Shown here: positions 62,001 to 64,000 of the stretch, one piece after another
How the letters are laid out: each line of letters opens with the position of its first letter
Numbering within the stretch: position 1 is the stretch's first letter
From: Negaprion brevirostris
Taxonomy: Eukaryota
Length of the DNA: 64,000 nt
Assembly: GCA_030324005.1 (NCBI GenBank)
Contig: JARDVH010000097.1
Location: forward strand, 12,982,459-13,046,458
Direction of reading: 5' to 3'
Notes under the pieces: generated by a model
The model's database searches: none
What the model saw: the letters and a program-made list of their open reading frames with translations, nothing else
Told to the model about the DNA's origin: nothing
Translations under genes and position numbers: made by a program

Positions 62001-63142
62001 AACTTGCAATTTTTGTCAGCAGAGTTCAGGTTCAAGAAGAAATTTCACACATTTAACTCTTTCCAGTCAAAGCAAAAAAATGTACTAATTTCAAATCTTA
62101 TCAGTAATTTGACCTTCTTTTTGCACAACTCTGCAGAGATTAAATGCAAGAAATGCTTATACCACACGAATGGAAGCAATTTATAGGAATATTTTCACAA
62201 AATATTTTCACAAAATTACTAATTTTGTCACAGGTGCTTTCCTGTTTGGAGCATAAGCCAGGTCAAATGGCTTCAGTAATTCAATGATTTCAATTGCTTT
62301 TCAATAGCCCAGGAAACCACCCAATTTAAGTTTATGTCTCAAAAGAGAATCAGCAGAGAGGCAAAATAGATGATTAATTTAGCTTTTAAGAGAGTCTGAA
62401 CCTACAAGTCACTACTTGTGGACCATAAGTTGCATTAAATTGCTCATCTCACCATTACCCAATAGATGGAGCATACAGAGAAAGCCAGAAAGATGCTGAC
62501 TGCAATACAAGCAACTACTTTTAATCAAGACACGTCTGACTGGAAAGGATTAATCGCAACTGTCAAGACAAAACAGCTGGTAAGTTTTCTTTCAACTCGA
62601 GAAAGAATACAGAAAGCATAAATGCAATGCAACGTGTTACATAATGTACCGCAACCTGTAAGCAGAATAATAATTTAGCAAAAAATTATTCTCCGTTTCC
62701 TCAATGCAACAATCCCCATTCTTCAAAATGGAATTGCAAAATTCCAAACAAAACAATAAGGTAAAAGAAAAACCTGACCAACAGCAAAACGTGTCATTTC
62801 TTGTACAAACTAAAACAATCAAGCAACATAATTACTCGCTGGTTTCCATTCAATCTAGTCAAACTTAAACAAGACTAGCTTTATTTTCTCCTTGGGTTAC
62901 TCAACATTAAGACATGAAAAGTAAAATCTGTTCTGTACAGTTGTCCACATTAGACAGAGACTCAGATGACAGAAGAATATGAATGGCAGGATAGGTTGTA
63001 GTCCTCCGGCCAGTAAGGAAGGATGACCAAGTACCTTTATGCTTGTCCCGTTTATGCTTTAGCTTTGATGGAAGGGGTCTTAGCCTGGCTATGGTCTGTT
63101 CTCGATGATTCAAATAAATGGGACCAGGAAATACAATGGGGC
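397..63142 (-). CDS. MYCBP2: MYCBP2 E3 ubiquitin ligase, partial multi-exon gene (internal portion; 39 core exons plus cassettes)
   Basis: Exon translations match recalled vertebrate MYCBP2 (e.g. [43 protein letters not shown]). All exons have AG acceptors and GT donors (one GC) and chain in phase. Confidence 0.98.
2363..2548 (+). mobile_element. HE1/V-SINE-like tRNA-derived SINE, 5' part
   Basis: gtggcacagtggttag (A box) ... gggttcgattcc (B box) ... gtggagtttgcatgttct. Confidence 0.85.
2805..2881 (+). mobile_element. CR1-like LINE 3' tail
   Basis: gaatggcggggcaggctcgaagggc...ggcctactcctgctcctatttcttatgttctta next to an N gap; reverse complement of the tail at 10367. Confidence 0.8.
2883..3066 (-). 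mobile_element. HE1/V-SINE-like SINE
   Basis: Reverse complement of the SINE head and body (ctttggactgtgggaggaaacc ... ggaattgaacctgg ... cagcagtgctaac). Confidence 0.85.
3371..3472 (-). CDS. MYCBP2: MYCBP2 cassette exon (102 nt), [33 protein letters not shown]
   Basis: cttcctctgtag|AC ... AAGG|gtgggt, phase 1-1, no stop; resembles a recalled alternative MYCBP2 segment (..LASRER.YK..). Confidence 0.8.
3923..4084 (-). CDS. MYCBP2: MYCBP2 cassette exon (162 nt), [17 protein letters not shown]...[20 protein letters not shown]
   Basis: ctacag|GT ... CTGA|gtaagt, phase 1-1; matches recalled alternative MYCBP2 segment [23 protein letters not shown]. Confidence 0.88.
5755..5960 (-). mobile_element. 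CR1-like LINE fragment (APE endonuclease), spans an N gap
   Basis: Translates ...[17 protein letters not shown] (APE SDH motif). Confidence 0.7.
6900..7160 (+). mobile_element. HE1/V-SINE-like SINE (5'-truncated)
   Basis: ttgcacattctccctgtgtctgc ... ggtggattggccatgctaaattg ... tagggattctat tail. Confidence 0.85.
7743..7787 (-). CDS. MYCBP2: MYCBP2 cassette exon (45 nt), [15 protein letters not shown]
   Basis: ttttttttaaag|AT ... CCTG|gtaagt, phase 1-1, frame-preserving, consensus donor. Confidence 0.75.
9757..9882 (-). CDS. MYCBP2: MYCBP2 exon [17 protein letters not shown]...DYSLANAK
   Basis: 126 nt, phase 1-1, AG/GT ends. Confidence 0.93.
10367..10625 (-). mobile_element. CR1-like LINE (RT fragment plus 3' tail across an N gap)
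   Basis: [13 protein letters not shown] motif; (agaacata)n tail. Confidence 0.9.
10748..10940 (+). mobile_element. HE1-like SINE 3' half
   Basis: ggccatgataaattgccccttag ... gtgcagactcaatgggctgaatgg. Confidence 0.8.
11829..11961 (-). CDS. MYCBP2: MYCBP2 exon [15 protein letters not shown]...NQYLRHEE
   Basis: 133 nt, phase 0-1. Confidence 0.95.
12445..12720 (-). mobile_element. tRNA-derived SINE with LINE-type tail (family uncertain)
   Basis: gcatttattgcccatccctaatt tail is shared with 8850-8900 and 49615; B-box-like ttcaaatccacc on the minus strand. Confidence 0.55.
13207..13292 (+). mobile_element. Penelope-like terminal repeat relic with decayed hammerhead core
   Basis: agtt-CTGATGA-..-GAAA-CA-TC-aact followed by agatgttgcctgacctgctgagt; same family as 55040, 60768 and 63437. 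Confidence 0.65.
14285..14509 (-). CDS. MYCBP2: MYCBP2 exon EPKSITDD...[26 protein letters not shown]...ALGE
   Basis: 225 nt, phase 0-0. Confidence 0.95.
14860..15440 (+). mobile_element. Degenerate L2-like LINE 3' region
   Basis: ctcatttatgcctttgttatctccagactcaactattccaa ([14 protein letters not shown]) and aagtggctcccagtt (KWLPV) are L2-type motifs. Confidence 0.6.
16960..17031 (-). CDS. MYCBP2: MYCBP2 cassette exon (72 nt), [24 protein letters not shown]
   Basis: aattag|ATT ... CAG|gtaagt, phase 0-0; resembles a recalled alternative MYCBP2 segment (FNAS.GVRD.D). Confidence 0.8.
20597..20617 (-). CDS. MYCBP2: Candidate 21-nt microexon LHFHQPV
   Basis: ctctctcttctccacctcttccccag|CTCCACTTCCACCAACCAGTA|gtaagt; phase 0-0 matches the flanking exons. 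Confidence 0.55.
21743..21883 (-). CDS. MYCBP2: MYCBP2 exon [11 protein letters not shown]...KSLLVPVD
   Basis: 141 nt, phase 0-0. Confidence 0.95.
23305..23421 (-). CDS. MYCBP2: MYCBP2 exon [21 protein letters not shown]...TFNDE
   Basis: 117 nt, phase 0-0. Confidence 0.95.
24005..24102 (-). CDS. MYCBP2: MYCBP2 exon [14 protein letters not shown]...PQPSK
   Basis: 98 nt, phase 1-0. Confidence 0.95.
24298..24585 (+). mobile_element. HE1/V-SINE-like SINE
   Basis: gggcagcacggtggcacagtggttggcactgctgcc ... taaatggcctccttctgca. Confidence 0.85.
24971..25086 (-). CDS. MYCBP2: MYCBP2 exon [22 protein letters not shown]...IDGIET
   Basis: 116 nt, phase 2-1. Confidence 0.95.
25182..25237 (-). CDS. MYCBP2: MYCBP2 exon [19 protein letters not shown]
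   Basis: 56 nt, phase 0-2. Confidence 0.95.
25517..25723 (-). CDS. MYCBP2: MYCBP2 exon [12 protein letters not shown]...RYTAITMMK
   Basis: 207 nt, phase 0-0. Confidence 0.95.
27344..27488 (-). CDS. MYCBP2: MYCBP2 exon [12 protein letters not shown]...VHVPNLK (start of filamin-type repeat)
   Basis: 145 nt, phase 2-0. Confidence 0.95.
27590..27762 (-). CDS. MYCBP2: MYCBP2 exon [12 protein letters not shown]...GGRLAR
   Basis: 173 nt, phase 0-2. Confidence 0.95.
27837..27886 (-). CDS. MYCBP2: MYCBP2 exon [16 protein letters not shown]
   Basis: 50 nt, phase 1-0; followed by a 74-nt intron. Confidence 0.93.
28098..28185 (-). CDS. MYCBP2: MYCBP2 exon [13 protein letters not shown]...DLALPV
   Basis: 88 nt, phase 0-1. 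Confidence 0.95.
28790..28912 (-). mobile_element. HE1-like SINE head
   Basis: ggaattgaatccagg...gaggcagcagtgctaaccactg (reverse complement of the tRNA-derived head). Confidence 0.75.
29154..29272 (-). CDS. MYCBP2: MYCBP2 exon [16 protein letters not shown]...SPGPDE
   Basis: 119 nt, phase 1-0. Confidence 0.95.
30121..30311. mobile_element. Short GC-rich MITE-like element with imperfect TIRs
   Basis: tgggtgagatttt ... aaaatctcagcca; similar elements near 16608, 26055, 34440, 39198 and 44130. Confidence 0.5.
30603..30825 (-). CDS. MYCBP2: MYCBP2 exon [16 protein letters not shown]...VLVLP
   Basis: 223 nt, phase 0-1. Confidence 0.95.
31854..32072 (-). CDS. MYCBP2: MYCBP2 exon [14 protein letters not shown]...[15 protein letters not shown]
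   Basis: 219 nt, phase 0-0. Confidence 0.95.
32174..32274 (-). CDS. MYCBP2: MYCBP2 exon [12 protein letters not shown]...ANVPK
   Basis: 101 nt, phase 1-0. Confidence 0.95.
32903..33045 (-). CDS. MYCBP2: MYCBP2 exon [12 protein letters not shown]...RALAVD
   Basis: 143 nt, phase 2-1. Confidence 0.95.
36541..36832 (+). mobile_element. HE1/V-SINE-like SINE
   Basis: gggcagcatggtggcacagtggttagcactgctgcctca ... gggatagggcctgggtggg. Confidence 0.88.
37142..37320 (-). CDS. MYCBP2: MYCBP2 exon, PHR2 C-terminal part (ENVKYAVRL...[10 protein letters not shown])
   Basis: 179 nt, phase 0-2. Confidence 0.96.
37541..37672 (-). CDS. MYCBP2: MYCBP2 exon, PHR2 ([13 protein letters not shown]...AVPLK)
   Basis: 132 nt, phase 0-0. 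Confidence 0.95.
37782..37988 (-). CDS. MYCBP2: MYCBP2 exon, PHR2 N-terminal part (VDGLSS...[15 protein letters not shown]...LVDD)
   Basis: 207 nt, phase 0-0. Confidence 0.96.
38470..38572 (-). mobile_element. SacSINE1/Deu-type SINE 5' fragment
   Basis: Minus strand reads cccactccaggacttgagca...gctgcactgttggtgccacctttcggatgagatgctaaacc, resembling the recalled shark Deu-type SINE. Confidence 0.6.
38573..38647 (+). mobile_element. Penelope-like terminal repeat fragment (hammerhead 3' half only)
   Basis: cccGAAAGCTAgtg...aaataaacctgttgaactttaacctggtgttgagagacttctta; same family as 48700 and 53559. Confidence 0.7.
38681..38872 (-). CDS. MYCBP2: MYCBP2 exon [17 protein letters not shown]...ALGSE
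   Basis: 192 nt, phase 0-0. Confidence 0.95.
39498..39719 (-). CDS. MYCBP2: MYCBP2 exon [13 protein letters not shown]...MEKLSQ
   Basis: 222 nt, phase 0-0. Confidence 0.95.
40660..41012. mobile_element. CR1 LINE 3' end (+) interrupted by an opposite-strand CR1 ORF2 fragment
   Basis: Plus: aagactagagggcataagtttaaggtgaga and ggcatggatgagttgggccaaagggcctgtttcc. Minus: [15 protein letters not shown]. Confidence 0.75.
41767..42041 (-). CDS. MYCBP2: MYCBP2 exon [16 protein letters not shown]...LNCLDQ
   Basis: 275 nt, phase 1-0. Confidence 0.95.
42722..42995 (+). mobile_element. HE1-related SINE with a variant tail
   Basis: SINE head and body followed by ggcgactaggggattttcacagtaacttcattgcagtgttaatgtaagcctac. 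Confidence 0.8.
43319..43511 (-). CDS. MYCBP2: MYCBP2 exon [14 protein letters not shown]...EIYPIS
   Basis: 193 nt, phase 0-1. Confidence 0.95.
44620..44716 (-). CDS. MYCBP2: MYCBP2 exon [11 protein letters not shown]...ARTVSV
   Basis: 97 nt, phase 2-0. Confidence 0.95.
44856..44939 (-). CDS. MYCBP2: MYCBP2 exon, PHR1 end ([28 protein letters not shown])
   Basis: 84 nt, phase 2-2. Confidence 0.96.
45020..45318 (+). mobile_element. HE1/V-SINE-like SINE, near full length
   Basis: gttagcactgctgcctcac...gggttcaattcc ... gatgggccgaatgg...attctatg. Confidence 0.88.
45659..45793 (-). CDS. MYCBP2: MYCBP2 exon, PHR1 ([19 protein letters not shown]...TTDDG)
   Basis: 135 nt, phase 2-2. Confidence 0.96.
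46602..46898 (+). mobile_element. HE1/V-SINE-like SINE
   Basis: ctgcctcacaacaccagggacccaggttcaattcc ... tggcctctttctgcactgtaggga. Confidence 0.88.
47035..47160 (-). mobile_element. Internally deleted HE1-like SINE (tail joined to head)
   Basis: atagaatccttacagtgcagaagagg ... ctgtgccaccatgtcgccc. Confidence 0.7.
48670..48864. mobile_element. Palindromic Penelope-derived element (inverted terminal repeats) with a hammerhead core on +
   Basis: Arms 48700-48780 and 48781-48864 are imperfect reverse complements; CTGATGA-A-GGGGC-agt-GCTCC-GAAA-GC-TC at 48781-48809. Confidence 0.8.
49194..49285 (-). CDS. MYCBP2: MYCBP2 exon, PHR1 ([15 protein letters not shown]...DCAAR)
   Basis: 92 nt, phase 0-2. 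Confidence 0.96.
49605..50035 (-). mobile_element. LINE 3' region (same family as 60140-60670)
   Basis: Reverse complement of motifs at 60380-60660 (ccacttg..tg..gagtgcagct, acaagatgtactgc). Confidence 0.6.
50093..50220 (-). CDS. MYCBP2: MYCBP2 exon, PHR1 ([17 protein letters not shown]...TAKIK)
   Basis: 128 nt, phase 1-0. Confidence 0.96.
50312..50437 (-). CDS. MYCBP2: MYCBP2 exon [14 protein letters not shown]...VVNRFE
   Basis: 126 nt, phase 1-1; donor gtaggt. Confidence 0.95.
50750..51240 (-). mobile_element. Penelope-like retroelement relic (GIY-YIG endonuclease plus 3' UTR)
   Basis: Translates [28 protein letters not shown] ... [18 protein letters not shown] (GIY-YIG motifs). Confidence 0.75.
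52231..52403 (-). CDS. MYCBP2: MYCBP2 exon [14 protein letters not shown]...ALHIL
   Basis: 173 nt, phase 2-1. Confidence 0.95.
52920..53256 (+). mobile_element. HE1/V-SINE-like SINE, full length
   Basis: gggtggcacagtggctagc ... gggttcaattc ... aatggcctccttctgcattgcagggatt. Confidence 0.88.
53530..53790. mobile_element. Penelope-derived element with inverted ends around an N gap; well-preserved hammerhead on +
   Basis: ctgacaacaccagg...gatttattt (53561-53596) is inverted at 53753-53788; hammerhead core at 53705-53744. Confidence 0.8.
54245..54455 (-). mobile_element. tRNA-derived SINE (non-HE1 family)
   Basis: Minus-strand head gtttagctcagttggatgg (A box) ... gggtttaatt (degenerate B box) ... 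ggctgaggttattcatgaag. Confidence 0.6.
55040..55140 (-). mobile_element. Penelope-like terminal repeat relic (decayed hammerhead)
   Basis: Minus: CTGAAGA-agaatcacacggactg-GAAA-TG-TT ... cagatgctgctagacttgctgagttttt. Confidence 0.65.
55241..55394 (-). CDS. MYCBP2: MYCBP2 exon [19 protein letters not shown]...YDVIWR
   Basis: 154 nt, phase 1-2. Confidence 0.95.
55784..55988 (-). CDS. MYCBP2: MYCBP2 exon [15 protein letters not shown]...ASRSII (GC donor)
   Basis: 205 nt, phase 0-1; donor ATAG|gcaaga. Confidence 0.93.
56757..56874 (-). CDS. MYCBP2: MYCBP2 exon, RCC1-like ([10 protein letters not shown]...FTFGSFS)
   Basis: 118 nt, phase 2-0. Confidence 0.95.
56977..57058 (-). CDS. MYCBP2: MYCBP2 exon, RCC1-like ([28 protein letters not shown])
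   Basis: 82 nt, phase 1-2; RCC1 repeat signature G.VY.FG....GQLG. Confidence 0.96.
58926..59045 (-). CDS. MYCBP2: MYCBP2 exon [20 protein letters not shown]...VSCGFHHS
   Basis: 120 nt, phase 1-1. Confidence 0.95.
60140..60670 (+). mobile_element. LINE ORF2 C-terminal/3' fragment (CR1/L2 group)
   Basis: atctacagagtacaagtcagaagtctgatg..aatattctccacttgcc reads as an IY..QVRS.MEYSPLA-type motif. Confidence 0.65.
60768..60902 (-). mobile_element. Penelope-like terminal repeat relic with hammerhead core
   Basis: Minus: CTGACGA-aggatcatctagactt-GAAA-TG-TT. Confidence 0.7.
63035..63142 (-). CDS. MYCBP2: MYCBP2 exon [21 protein letters not shown]...KHKRDKHK
   Basis: 108 nt, phase 1-1. Confidence 0.93.
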
Positions 63143-63436
63143 CTGAGGAGAAATAACTTGCACATGCATAGGAAAGCTCACAAATGAAATAACTTGTCAA
63201 AAGCAAAAAATATTGTCTACAATATGAAAAGAAAATGGCATCAACTGTATTTGAGGCATTGAGTAAAGACTACATTGAAGGTAGCAATATAATAAAAGAA
63301 TTAAAAAAAACGACGATGAATGGTACAGTGGCAACACAACAAATTATAAACATGATAATTTCCAAAGAAATTCTGGTGTGCATATAATGATTAGGCAAAA
63401 CAAAACCTGAATAAATTCACAATTTTAAATTCTGCG

Positions 63437-63930
63437 CAATAAAAACAGAAAATGCTGGAAAAACTCAGCAGCTCTGGCAACATCTGTGGAGAGAGAAACA
63501 GAATTAACGTTTTGAGTCTGTCTGACTTCTTCAGAGCTAAACAGAGGGAGAAATGTGCTGGATCTTGCACACTTTAGGAGGGTGGAGCAGTTGGAGCTAA
63601 ATAGAAGGTCAGGGATAGATGGCAGCTAAGGCAGAATTTGACAAAGACATCATGGAACACAAGACAAAGGGAGCGTTAATGATATTGTTACAACTAAAGG
63701 TGGTGTTAAAAATGGCATTAAGTCAGGAGAGCAGAATGTGTTAATAGCAGAACAGGTTAGCGCTCTGTGAAAGCAGAAGTTAACAATGAATGACAGATGA
63801 CACTGCTGCTGGAAGAGGAATTGGATTTAAAAAAAGGGTCAAAATGGAGAGTTCCAAGGTCTGAAGCTCAATATTTGAACTCAATATTAAATCCAGAAGG
63901 CTATAAAGTGCCTAATCAGAAGATGTGGCA
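63437..63930 (-). mobile_element. Penelope-like element 3' end: GIY-YIG C-terminus, UTR and terminal repeat
   Basis: Minus translates HIF*LGTL*PSGFNIEF (compare PLE IFRLGTLQP.GLN); terminal repeat carries CTGAAGA...AAAACGTT. Confidence 0.8.
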
Positions 63931-64000
63931 CCTGGGTTCAATTTATTTATTTCCTGTATTATTATTTGACGAAATGCATACAAAAAAATGCGAATGTAAA

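Noticed and set aside
62453-62499. AG...GT segment in the first intron of the window
   Set aside because: 47 nt (or 41 nt), not frame-preserving, with no supporting motifs.
62960-63034. Intron read-through RRTTTYPA resembling the next exon's KIATYPPG
   Set aside because: A short coincidental match; the true exon is at 58926-59045.

Overview
Vertebrate nuclear DNA from a draft assembly with 10 N-gaps. The repeats (HE1/V-SINE-like, Deu-type SINE, CR1, L2, Penelope-like elements) point to a shark or other cartilaginous fish. The whole window lies inside the giant neuronal E3 ligase gene MYCBP2 (PAM/Phr1/Highwire/RPM-1 family) on the minus strand. I traced 39 core exons by hand, from the end of the RCC1-like domain (63142) through PHR1, PHR2, the filamin-like/RAE1-FBXO45-binding region and the Myc-binding region to the 1644-nt exon ending at 397. 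All exon lengths and phases chain into one open frame, and one intron is GC-AG. Neither the start codon nor the RING/TC catalytic C-terminus is in the window. The best leads are: (1) a GLEBS-like (Rae1-binding) motif in MYCBP2, split over two exons; (2) an internally duplicated SH3b-like module with a conserved intron position, whose linker intron holds cassette exons and microexons; (3) a second cassette cluster at 3.3-7.8 kb, including a donor read-through that would give a tail-anchored truncated protein; (4) several minimal hammerhead-ribozyme cores in intronic Penelope relics, two of them inside inverted-repeat elements. Homology calls rest on recalled family sequences, not database searches. 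Repeat boundaries are approximate.
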